Assembly (NCBI GenBank): GCA_043228905.1
Contig: JBHGNT010000009.1
Span: 11,718,001 to 11,782,000, forward strand
Direction: 5' to 3'
DNA length: 64,000 bases
Origin: Azolla caroliniana
Lineage: Eukaryota; Plantae; Polypodiophyta
Positions 1 through 12,500 of this stretch are shown one piece after another; within the stretch, counting starts at the first letter, position 1, and the number at the start of each line of letters is the position of its first letter. Both the position numbers and the translations under genes were made by a program. A model generated the notes under the pieces. It saw only the letters and a program-made list of their open reading frames with translations, ran no database searches and was not told the DNA's origin.

Positions 1-671
1 GTCCACGGCCAAGAGTAAAAGGTGGGGTTCGACCTTGCAAGGCACCGTCCCACCGGCGTGCCAAGTCTTAGCCGGTCGGCTACAAAGTGTCAGATGGTTG
101 GAGTTGGACAAGTGTGACAAAGAGTCGGAGTCGGAGTCGGAGTCGACAATGTGAACAATAGTCGGAAGTCGAAAGAGCAAGGACAAAATTAAATAGAATT
201 AATATAATATCGTCAAGTAAAAAATATATAGTAAGTTGGTTAGAACAGTTTTGTTGTAATTCTTGCCGAAGAGGGCGAGCGTAATCTTGAAAGAGAGACT
301 CTCGGATCACCAAAGGGACCCAGAGCATTGTAATGTTATTGTTCTATTTTGAGTAATATAAGTTAGTAATTTAGTGTATCTGTTGTGTCAACTACATTGT
401 GTTGCATCTTCTAACTGTTTTTGTGTCGAACATTCGAATACAATATCTGCTACCTAATTATATTGCAACAAATAGTCGATCATCAATGCATGTTAACCAT
501 AATAACAATTCTTTGTGTATCAATCTCTGAGTATAGGACTAGTGGCTACTAGTCTATTTCCCTACAACAATCTTCTTGACCGAACGTTCTGAGTCGACGT
601 TCGACCTATCGTGGTTGTCAGTTGTCGGTAGATCAACAACCACGTGGATGGGCTTGGATCAAGCTACCAAT

Positions 672-719
672 CGCTCTTATACCATGTAAAGAAACGGATA
701 TGATTTTGTGCAACAGAAT
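672..719 (-). mobile_element. PBS plus U5 end of an older Copia (D/I-like LTR family), interrupted by Copia-A
   Basis: The reverse complement of 672-693 is TTCTTTACA-TGGTATAAGAGCG, matching the LTR-end/PBS junctions at 40102-40123 and 63988-64000. Confidence 0.55.
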
Positions 720-3700
720 TGTCAAAGTTAATATGTGGAAGCTTTGACAAACCGGTTTACCCAGATAGCAACAAAAAATATGCATAGGTTTAATGGAAGC
801 TTGAATCACACAGACTAAGGGCGGGAAAGATAGAGAGAGCAGAACAACATAAACTCAATTAAAAAATAGCACCCTGTATATACAAATGTCCCATAGAACA
901 CTTTTTATACAAGTACTTAAAAGGACTGACAAAAGTACTGACATGTACTTCAATGCTCATACGAGCAACTGGCACTAACTCCAAGGAATATGCCTACATA
1001 CTAGGCTCGGACTGTAGGCTCCAACGGTCTACTGGTTCTCACTATTCCGAAGTATGATCTGGTTCTCCGGTCCGGCTCTAGGTTCTAGATACTGATATAA
1101 TCGGACACTGATCCGGGTACCTATCCGGTTCTCCGTTCTGGATACCGATCCAAATCTGGCTTATTCAGCTGATCCGGATCCGGTTGAGCTTGCCAGCTCA
1201 ACACTCCCCCTCAAGCTCAACTTGAGGTCGGATCACTGTGTGAGTGTCTATCGAACCTTGCAATCGGCTTCTTCTGGCGTCTTCTTGCCTTGTTCACGCT
1301 CCTAGACCTATCTGGTTTCACTTCCCACAACTTGTCTGGTTCCGCGCCTCTCGACCTTCTCGGTCAGCTTGTTTGCTCAACAGGCCCATCTTAGCTCCTT
1401 CGCTATTGCGACTTCAGCGATTCTTGACCCGTCGGTTCCTCCATGTCGGTGTCGACTTTCGCTACCTCCTCGTCCGTTTGGCCTTCAGTTGATCTGGTTC
1501 CTCTGGATCAAACACCTCTTCCGAATCGGGTGCCTCTGATTCATTCCAACTCTTGTCTGAATTGGTTGTCTCCATTTCTTCTTCAACCTCCAGGCCCTTC
1601 ACCACGTCAGACCATGTCTGGGTCTTGGCGTTCTCGTTCCGGTCAGTTCTGTCCTTCTTAACTCTGCCTCCGTCGCCGCTTGTTACGACTTGTTTGGATG
1701 TGCCGACTTCTTCAGCGGACTCGGCTCCGTTTTTCTTCTTGTCTCCCCCTGCTTCGTTTGTTTCCTTCTCTCTCACTGCTTGTTCGGTGCCATTTCATGC
1801 TTTCCCGATTTCCGTTCTAGTTCCGGTTTTCCCTGTATTAGTACTGGTTCTCCCCCTCAAGTGCGGCATGTTGAGATGCTGAAGACCAAGCATCTCCGAA
1901 AAATGATGCAACTTGTCGGTTCCAAGGGCCTTGGTGAAGATGTCGGCAACCTACCGATCCATTCAAACATACCGGAGTTTAACTTCACCGCTCAAGCCTC
2001 GCTCACACACAAAGTGGTAGTGCACTTCTATGTACTTTGTTCAAGCATGGAACACGGGGTTCTTGGTCGGCTGCATGCTGCTCATGTTGTCACAGTAGAT
2101 TAGGATCAGAGTTGCTACTTCGATCCGGAGGTCTTGCAACATCCGCCGAAGCCAGATGGCTTCATAGGTGGCAACGGTAGCACCCCGATATTCAGCCTCA
2201 GTTCTCGATAGAGCCATTGTCGGCTGCTTTTTACTGCTCCATGCAACAACCGTGCTACCAAGGGAGAACATGTAACCGGAAGTGGACCGACGATCCGACG
2301 CATTATCATTGTCGGCTACTTTTAACTGCTCCATGCAACAACTGTGCTACCAAGGGAGAACATGTAACTGGAAGTGGACCGATGATCCGACGCATTATCG
2401 GCCTAGTCGGCATCTGTATAGTCGACTAGCTTCTCGGTTATACCATGTCGGTATAACAGTCCCCGGTCCTTAGTGCCGCCAACATACTTCAGTATTTGGT
2501 GCGCACACTGAAGGTGCTCCACGGTTGGCTTCTGCATGAATTGACTAATCACTACGACCGGATAGCTAATGTCAGGTCGGCTGATCGTTAAATCAATAAA
2601 GCTTCCGATAATTTTTCGGAACCGTTTCTCATCGCAGGCTGGTCCGGAGTCGGGACGAAGCATCATGTTCCCATCCAGGGGTGTGGAGACTAGTCGACAA
2701 TCGTTCATGCCGAACTTGAACAACATATTCAACACGTAATGTCTTTGGGTCAACAATATGCTGTCGGGGGTATGGATCACTTCGATCCCAAGGAAGTAAT
2801 GAAGATCCCCCAGGTTCTTCATTTCGAAAGCATCCAACACTTGGGACTTCATGTGGCCGATTTTAGCGAGTCCGGGTCTGGTGATAACTAGATAATCCAC
2901 GTATAGTAGGATACATACTAGACCACCTGGACCTTTCAGGATGAACAACGATGAGTCGAAATTTGAGGCCACAAACCCCATCTTACGCAACCGACGTGTG
3001 ATCTTTGATTTCCAAGCACGAGGGGCTTGTTTCAGGCCGTAAGGCGACTTCCTAAGTCGGCACACTGCCAACTTGTTCATCTCCGACTGAAATCCGGGGG
3101 GTTGGATCATGTAGACTTGTTCTTGAAGAAATGCTTTAAAGAAACGTATTCTTCACGTCCATTTGGTGAAGATGTCACTCTCGTTCCGCAACAACTGCTA
3201 GTACTACACGAACCGTCGTCATCTTCGCTACCAGAGCGAAGGTCTCGTCGTAGTTGATTCTGTGGGTCTGCGCATACCCTTTGGCCACTAATCGGTCCTT
3301 GTACCGGTTGACCGAACCATCAACATTATACTTGACCTTGTACACCCACTTGCAACCGATCGGTTTGCAATGTCGGGGACGGTCAACCAAATCCCATGTT
3401 TCATTGGCATCAAGTGCCCGTATCTCTTCCTCCATAGAGGCTCGCCATTGCACATCCTTTGTCGCTTCTGCGTAGCTCTCTGGCTCATGCACCTCTGCCA
3501 CTTTCGTTATGTATGCATAGTCAACACTATCTTTGTGCCACTGGTTTTGCTCTTGTTAGCCGCCTGTATTGCGTGCCCACCTCGTTCTCCACGCCCACGT
3601 GGCCGATCCGCCTCAGTGTACAACATTCGGTTGTCCGATTGAGTGGCCCTTGAACCACTTGTGTGTTTTTCTTCGACCATGACCATTGATTGCAAGTCGA

Positions 3701-4700
3701 AGAAGGACAGTGGCTTCTCTTGGGTGCAAATTGTCGTCCAGATTGGCTCGTATCGGTGTGCTAGACCACCAAGGCAAATCTGGACCATCCTCCTCGTCCA
3801 CCATCACGTTGATGGACCCGAGCGCGTCGCAAATCTCCTTGATCTTGATGGTGTAGTCGGTGGCTGACATGTCCTGTTGCAAGATACTATTGAGCTCTTG
3901 CGGAGCTGCAATTTTTGAGCCGTCGTACTTGCGGCAAAAAACTTCCGAAGATTTTCCAAGGTCTCCTTCGGTGACTTTGCATCTCTAATGTAGCCAAACA
4001 TCTAGTTGTGCACACAAGACGTGAGGTAGTACAACACCATGCTCGCTCCTTGCTCCCATACCAGGAAGTCCTTGTGTGCCAAATCCGGCGCTGCTTCATT
4101 TGCTCCTTCCACGTAGCTATAGTGTCCATGCCCCAGCAAGTATTGGTGCCTTTTATACGACAAGGATGCATAATTGCTCCGGTTGAGTTTTTCTGTTGGA
4201 TGCGAGCTCGCCATGCTTCTGTCCATATCTTCCTTCCTATTCTTTACCGGGTGTTAGGGTTTGTCTATGAGCGTCACTCATCGGCATCTGAGGATTCTCA
4301 ACCCTCACGCTCTGATATCATGTCAAAGTTAATATGCGGAAGCTTTGACAAACCGGTTTACCCGGATAGCAACAGAAAAAACACACAGGTTTAATGGAAG
4401 CTTGAATCACACAGACAAAGAGAGTAGAACAACATAAACTCAATTAAAAAATAGCACCCTGTACATACAAATGTTCTATAGAACACTTTTTATACAAGTC
4501 CTTAAAAGGACTGACATGTACTTCAATGCTCATACAAGCGACTGACACTAACTCCAAGGAATATGCCTACGTACTAGGCTCGGACCGTAGGCTCCAACGT
4601 CCTCCCAGTTCTCACTATTCCGAAGTACGATCCGGTTCTCCGGTCTGGCTCTAGGTTCCAGATACCGATATATCCGGACATTGATCTGGGTACCTATTCG
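720..4700 (-). mobile_element. Copia-A, Ty1/copia LTR retrotransposon, degenerate, protease-integrase region deleted
   Basis: 3' LTR 720-1203; PPT 1204-1212; 5' LTR from 4321 (truncated about 4700); tRNA-iMet PBS-like TGATATCAGAGC at 4309-4320. Fragments: gag 4226-3520 (EKLNRSNY), RT 3501-2403 ([25 protein letters not shown]), RNase H about 2400-1860. Confidence 0.9.
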
Positions 4701-4809
4701 GATATATCGGGACATTGATACTGATATATCCGGACATTGATCACTAAATTTATGCCACTAAGTTATGTGCATACCTGTGCTCTTGGTGAGGGACCACCGG
4801 GGACTTGAA

Positions 4810-5350
4810 CTAGAGAAGATGGGTGTCTCGAAGACTCGTCAGAGTCGAAAGATCATCAGAATTGAAAGTTCCTAGGAGTTAAAAGTTCGTTAGACTCAAA
4901 GATTCGTTAGAGTTGAAAGGTCATTAGACTCGAAGGATCGTCCAAGTTGAAAGATCATTAGAGTTGAGGCATCGAAAGGTTGTTAGACTCGAAGGCTCAA
5001 TAGAGTTAATGGCTCCTTCGAGTGGAAGGTAAGTCAAAGTCTAAGATTTGCAGAGTCGAAGGTAAGTCAAGGTCAAAGATAAGTTAGAATCAAAGGTAAG
5101 TTAGAGTCAAAGATAAGTCAAAGTCCAATGCTCTGCAAAGTTGAAGGTAAGTTAGAGTTGAAAGCTCCCTAGAATCGAACGTAATAATGACCAAAACAAC
5201 CAATTAGGCAATTTGGCTCCCAAGATGAACATTCACAAGGCAAAGGTTGGCTAGGCAAATGTGTGGTAGGCAAATTCTTTGTAGCCAAAGGCTTGTGAGG
5301 TGAAGGCTAGAGAGGCAAACATTCATGAGGCAAATGCTCAAAGGTGAACA
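4810..5350. repeat. Degenerate short-period tandem repeats (about 20-bp AGAGTCGAAAG-type units, then AGGCAAA-type units)
   Basis: Recurrent ttagagt(c/t)gaa(a/g)g motifs at 4840-5180 and aggcaaa motifs at 5200-5350. Confidence 0.6.
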
Positions 5351-6417
5351 TTGGGAGCAAAGGATCATTTTCCGACCGCGACATTACTCTTCTCAATCTC
5401 TCACACAGAATATTCACAAATTAGGTTTCCCAGTCGCTGGTTGAAAGAGGGATTGCAAATAAAAATATTATATCCATTTGAGTTGAAGCCTTGGCACACT
5501 TGTGACAAGAAGAAGCAATCGATTATTGGTAGAGAGAAGAGTTTGAAACCTATCTGAAATCGATTATCAAAGAATGTTCATCACTTTTTGCAAGGAAGAC
5601 CCCGGTTTAGCTATTTAATGGCTTGGGGATTCCGAATCGAGGCCCCTTTCGGAAAAATAAATGCACCATTGTTTTACACTCACTTAATGTTAACCAAACA
5701 AGATTAGCACTAAATACACTTTATTAGCACTAATATCTACTAGTTTAAGACGCAAATTCACTTGATACCATGAATATAGTGATGTTTTTATGAAAGACTA
5801 ATAGGCTTAAACAAGAAGAAACGGTAGGGGCTTGGCGCTTCCGGTGAAGGTTCAAGTTTAGTGGTGTCACGGAGATCTCAACTACTATCGATGGTAATGG
5901 TGCCTCGATGTTGATGTAGTGTTCTTGGGCCTCTTAGTGCTCTTTCAACGATTGGTGAGTGATTGAGCCAAACGCTTTACAATGTGTCATCAATATGCAA
6001 CAAGGTTTGGTGATGATGATGGACGCAATACATGAAATAGGAAGGAGGTGGAGGTAAAGAGGGGGTTGAATGGACACTCTTACGCTCTCTTCCCTCTAGC
6101 CCTCAATCTCTCAAGAAGAAAAACAAGAATAGGAACCCTAAACTCTCTAAGTGAGAGTAAGGAGAAGAAGACCTCAAGAAAAAATAAGATCCTTCTCCAA
6201 AACAATGAATACCTAAATAAGCTCTCGTCCCTTCTTTTTATATATAGAGAGAGGTGCCACCTACTATATATCAAATGACAGCCTCCCAACACTAGTTGGG
6301 ACTTGGTTTCGAGACCTATTTATACATCTTTTGTGGCCTTAACCATTACTTTTATGTTCTTATAATATATATAGACATTTCATGGTTGTTCAAAGAGCTT
6401 TATAGATTCGTCAGCAT

Positions 6418-7370
6418 TCAACTCACCACTATCTTTCCTACACATTTGTATTGACTAATGATGTCCTCTAGCAAGAACTTGCATACCATGGTGTCCATCA
6501 CCATTGAGTTCAAGAATCTTCCTATATATAGCCACTCTTCATCACACTCACTTTCATTAAAGGCGTTGAGCATTTGCATATTATCCTGTTTTTCTACAGA
6601 TATAATGGTTATGTTAAAGAATTTGAGAATGATATCTTCATCTTCCAATACCATGTTGTTTTTGCCTTCATACATCTCCCTCAATAGCATGTTTACCATG
6701 ACATTCTTCTTAACCAATATGTGATGGAACTCTAGGCCCATTGAATTGATGTTTGTGATCCATCTTAGCATGGCTAAGTCTGACATTGCACACCTTGATA
6801 TCAATCCTAACATTGGAAAATGTTTTGGTTAAATTAGGAGCTTTGTTCTGATTAGGCAATCCTTATGAGCCTTCACTCTAGACACTATGCCCCATAGCTC
6901 TCTCTTAACTTGGGCATATCCTCTTTCTTTCTCACTAAGTACCTTTTCTCCGAACCTGATGTCATGTCAGCCTTTGTCTTCGACCTCTTGGTTGATGACC
7001 TATCCGAACCTAGGTAGACTCGTATCTACCGTCACATAAATGTGCATCCCTTCCTTGTATATGGATTTTCTTAAAGCTAGTGCCATTACCAACATTCCTT
7101 TTCAACCTCTTCTTTACCTTTGTGTGCTCGTACAAGGGCATCCCTTGTGAGCATGGGGGATCCAAATGTGGTAGAAGGCACAAGCCCAAGAAACCGGCTC
7201 ACTTCCATTTGCGATTTTCTTTCTTCCGTCATCTCCTTGATAGTGTCCATCTTTGTTGGGGATGGCTTCCATCCATATGCCCCGCATAAAATGTCCCACC
7301 ACAAGAATCTTTGATTGACCAGATGCCAATTTATAACCCGAGAATGATAGGCGTGCATCTTCTATCACTC
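6418..7370 (-). mobile_element. Highly decayed Gypsy RT/RNase H fragment of the Gypsy-C family
   Basis: Translations DLAMLRWITNINSMGLEFHHILVKKNVMVNML and SGQSKILVVGH...KPSPTK match Gypsy-C DLAMLWWIAYIKSLNPEIRHISGKDNTMADML and VVGHLCG...KPSPAK. Confidence 0.8.
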
Positions 7371-8096
7371 TACCTCTTGTATGTATGTCGTACTTGGGAG
7401 GTTACAAAAAGTTCATGGATTAGCTACAAGCAATGATATTAACTCCCCTACAATGGCAACACAATATGTGTTATTTCTAGGTGTCTCGCATCGAGTAAAG
7501 ATCTTCCCTTCAATTAGAGTTCTTTCTCCTTATTGAAATCATACATCAAGACTGGATTGTCATATACCTTTTTGTTGGTGAGATGGACAAGAGTGGTTTA
7601 TGCAAAATCTTCCTCTCCACTGTTGTATAAGTTCAAACTTTTGCCAAAAATTCCTCTTCATGTTTTATGTTGAATTATTCGTAGCAATATTTGTAATTAG
7701 AGAGATGTCTCCTTTTCCGTGTTTTGGTTACATATAATATTTAATCTTAAAGTGTAAACTTCTCTCTTTTTTAAGGACAACTTGACCATAATCCATGGAC
7801 TACAATACATAAAGTCAAAGAGACACTTTTGTCATATTAGAAATCACATGCTCACCGAACCACCATAAACATTACCACTCCTTTTCCAATCTATATACAT
7901 GAGCATCTCCTGAAAAGGACTCGGTTTTGTAACTCTTTTTGAGAAATGATTCAAAACCTAGAAACAAAATGTCCTACTATACTAATAAATTCGTGAACAT
8001 TGGTGCATGTTACTTCCCTTTATCCATGGTCAAACTGTTTACTCTTTTTGAGAAATGATTAAAACCCTAGCAAGCAAAATGTCCTACTATACTAAT

Positions 8097-8368
8097 CATA
8101 GTATGAATCATACATACCATTCGTGCATTCGCAATCGCAAACATTCTTGTCATTCGAGTAAGAAAAACACCCTTGAAGTATGGTAAATACCATACTTTTG
8201 CATTCATTATTTATTATAAGGTAAATTGTTTTCTTTTTTGGGTAAGAAGTTAAAGGTAAAAAGTGTAAAAAAGAAAAAAGGCAAGAATGTTTTTAAAACA
8301 TACGTATTCGTTTGCAAATGTATGAAAGCAAATGTTTGGGCTAACAAACGCGAATATTATGTACTATA
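8097..8368. mobile_element. 272-bp MITE, probably hAT-type
   Basis: 8-bp TSD ATACTAAT at 8089-8096 and 8369-8376; termini CATAGTA...TACTATA. Removing it restores a roughly 110-bp tandem duplicate of 7932-8040. Confidence 0.7.
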
Positions 8369-9528
8369 ATACTAATAAATTTGTGAACATTGCCACATGT
8401 TACTCCCCTTTATCCATGGTCAAATTCTTTCTTAAATCTTTACTTTGGATGAAACAATGCAAACTATATAGTCAATCATTTCCACTAGAATAGACCTTCA
8501 AAAAAATTCATGAACTAATGTTTATGAATTACATGCTTGAAGACGAGCCCCTAGAAAAATAGTCATCACATTAAATATTACTTACTCTAGGTCTACATAG
8601 GATAATTTCATATGGGGAAAAGATGGCACAAGGGTCACGCACAGTTGGACCAATACCTTGGTCTTTAAATACCAACTTCTGATGGCCTAGATGAGTAACT
8701 TGTCCTTTATTAACCTACAAATCCTATGGTCAAGATGAGTGGCTAATCCTTGATGACAAGTCTACCATAGCCATCTACAAGGTGAGCCACTAAAGTTAGT
8801 CTCGTAGTTAATGAGCTAGACTAGCCTTCATTAACACCTAATTACTTAGCAATGAAATGTTCATAACACATCTAGATCCAAGTCAAGCATTTAGTTAACA
8901 TGGTTCATCGAAAGACAGCTCGCAAAGCGATAAAGTAAGCACTCAAACAACATACTCATGCATTGAGTATGTCGAACAAAATAATGAGTTTTTCCCTTGC
9001 ATTTTTCTCAATAATTGAAAAGAGCAATGAACTAAGTACAAAATTATTTTATTGGAGTGTGCAATAGCTTCACAGCTGTTGACTAACATATATTCAATAT
9101 TGTATATGGAGACCATACACTATTTCCATATTATAATGAGGATACATGGCTCTTCAGCTAGGTCCTCCCAACTCTCTTTTCATCTATGATTGTATTATAA
9201 TCCCAACATTCAGAAAATTTGTCCATAAGCTTTTGTTAAGCTGTAGAACAAGAATGTTTTGGATTTTGTTCTTTACTGGTTAGGGACCATTCTGGTGGAG
9301 AAGTAAAAACTTTACATGAATATGGTTACCCCATGAACTCTACTCACTTTATGTGATCCTCAACTCCCAGGGTGAAAAGAATGGATACAATTCTCTACTC
9401 ATCGAGCTTTTCAAATAATTGGCTCGATTGTAAATTCAACCAATTAAAACTATGGAGGGAAGGCGCATTTGGCACCAAATTGGTTTGCATATCAATCACT
9501 CATAGCTAGCTGCCACGTGATTCTAGGC

Positions 9529-12500
9529 CTAGAATCGGTAGTCCATTCTCACATCCATTGCCCACGCAAATTTTGCAAGAAGAGACTTGTTGAATATCTG
9601 TTGAAAAACCATTTCACATCATTCTGGTATTTTGAAACATTTGTATCTAGAACTTCTTTTAGAACATAGGGTTTAGGAGTTTTAAGGAATAAAATATAGT
9701 TTAGGGTTTCAGGTTTTATAGTTTAGAGCTCAGGGATTTCCTTAGGGTTACGGGTTTCTGAAGCATTCATATTAGAGTTTTTTGGGGCACTGGATTAAGG
9801 ATTTGTTAAAGGTTAGAGCTGAAGACTCCCATAATATGATATAGTTTAGCAAGTCAGATTTTAGAGTTTACAGTTCAGGGTTTTCCTTAGGAATTCAGGT
9901 TAAGGGATTAGAGCTTAGGTTTAAGGTTTGAACATCTTTGTTTACTTATAGTTGATCATGTAAATGTTGGTTAACACTAAAAGAGAGTATACAGTAGCAT
10001 TTGTTTAGGGTTTAACGCTTAAGGCTTGTCCTTAGGATTGAGGGTTTAGCTCCTACATTTTTGAACTTAGGAGTTTGGTTTTTAAGGAATTAGGGTTATA
10101 GAGTGCAGTTCCATCCAAAAGAATGTTTCAACACTCACCTTCTCGATTGGAACTTCATGCCTTTTGCACCACGCAACTGTAATCCGTGGATCCATGTAGT
10201 TAATCTTGGATGTTCCAAGAGCAACTGTTTTTAGATCATCCTTGATCCGCATGTCCAGCTTCATTTTTTCGATCTTCTGTTCTGTTTGCTCAATCTTCTT
10301 CTCCAATCTGAAAATAGTGAAGATCAGTTTGAAGCTTCTTCTAAAGCTATGATAGCATATCTAGCAAGCTATATATTTAGATTTCTTCACTGGCTATTAG
10401 TTTCCACAAATGCCAAGCATCCCTTAATAAAAACTTCTAAAGCTCAGTTGTCCGTCTAGCCAGCCATAGCTTTCTTCTTGTTTTATAACCATCCATCAAC
10501 ACAACATATATTTGGCTTTGATTTTGTTTTGTATTTCTCATGCCTTAGCAACAATCTATCAAATTTATCGATAAAATATTAACTTACGCCTCTGGATTCT
10601 GGTTCCGCTTTGGTTTTCCTTCTGCATCCTTGAGTGGAGGCTTGCCCTTCTTGGCTCTTGACAAATCAGTCCGCAGTTCTTGAAGTAATTCCTAATTGCA
10701 AGACAATATTTAGATCCTTAGTACTCAAAATCATTTTTGGTGTGCACTTACATTGTTTGCTTTGTTTCCTAAATGGCTCTTGGGTTAACCAAGGATGAAT
10801 GGACCTTCTAAATACTATAGAAGCCCATATCATTGCTTGAGAGGGGTTGACCAAGAAAATGATGGGAGTATTTCGGAGTTTTTCCATTGATTTATGAAAG
10901 TTTCTATCACTTCATTTTCTCTATGAAATTATGAAACATAGTTTCGATATGAAATTTTAAAAACTTTGTTTTCTTTATGAAGATTTTAATTTTCATTTAT
11001 TGAAGTACATATTCAGAAAAAATGAATAATCTGCTACAAAAAGAAATGGCACTACCTCCAGCTCTGTCATTTTGGTTTCCAACTTCTCCATCTGTGCTCC
11101 ATGGGACTTGGAAATGGATCTTTGATGATTACATAGAATAGCCACCTGCATATCGTTGTTTGAAAATTGAAATCATCATAGGTCAATGAAACTAAAACCA
11201 TGAAAGTTCATGATATGTCATACATCTACATTAGAGATAGTGGTAGAAAGAAAGAAAGATATAATAATGTCTTTTAAGAGGCCAAAATGGTCTATGAGAC
11301 TAAACAAAAGATTATGTCTTAAAATTATATCTTGTCTTTGAGAACAACAAACCAATATAAATGTAACTGAAAAAAATGAAAGAGACAAAGGAATCATGTT
11401 ATCTATACATATCAATTCTGAAGTGGGATAGATTCATTATTTCCATTTTCAAAAGATCTCCCAATATCTCCGAAGCAAGGAAGCACTTCGAATGGAGGGA
11501 GATAATGGCCTCTATCTTTGATGACAAGGGTGGCAAAATCATGCTTCAAAAGACTAGGCTCTACATGCATGACAAATTGTTGCTGCTCCTTGTCTAGAGC
11601 CCATTTGTATAGCTATTGATGAACTTGAAACGCAAGTAGAAAGAAAGAAAGAACGATATATTAACGTCTTTTAAGAGGCCAAAATGGCCTATAAGAAGAC
11701 CAAACAAAGGATTACATTTTAAGTGTTGTCTCATCTTTGAGAAAAACAAACCAAAATAAATGTTGCTAAATAAAATAAATAAGTAAAGTAAATAAGATAA
11801 AAAGAGACTAAAGAATATTGTTATTGGTACATGTAAGGTCATCAAGTCAAAAATATTACAATAATTGTATTTGAAAGGTCTCTTGCATAGGTAGATCCAG
11901 AATAGAGAGGTCTGCAAAGCAAGGAGAGCAACTGTGATGGCGGGAGATAATGGCCTTTATTTATCGATGACAAGAGTGGTGAGATCATGGTCCATGAGGC
12001 CAAGGCCTACATGCATGGCAAATTGCTATTGCCCGATCTATTGTAACCCCTTTGTTATGTCGTGGTCGGGAGCCCATTTGTGTAGCCCATCATTGACTTG
12101 TAGCATGAGTAGGAATGAAGGGGCTAAAGAAAGTTGTGATTGTTCGTTGTTGATGAGCTTGAGTGGTTGTATTGTTGTCCTTCAACAACTTCTCCTTGTG
12201 TCTCTTGAGTTCTAGCGAGAAAAGCCCCAAGCACCGTTGGCCCTCGTATTTCATTACCTTGCAAAGTGGGGCAATGCCTTCCTTAAAGAGGCAAGGTATC
12301 TCCCTCTTATTTCATTAAAAACACTATAGTGACAAACATAGTGTTCTTCATATTCCACTCCTTGATGACACAATTGGCGAATTCTTTCTTCTAGGGGTAT
12401 TCCTGCATATTTGCCGACCTCAATCTCTAATGATGTGATAAAGTTCGCGGGTGCCCTATCACACTTTGCAGCACATATGATAGATGTATGTCCATATAAG

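Noticed and set aside
2233-2399. 92-bp-period duplication in Copia-A RNase H
   Set aside because: It is a frame-disrupting local decay event, absent from sister copies.
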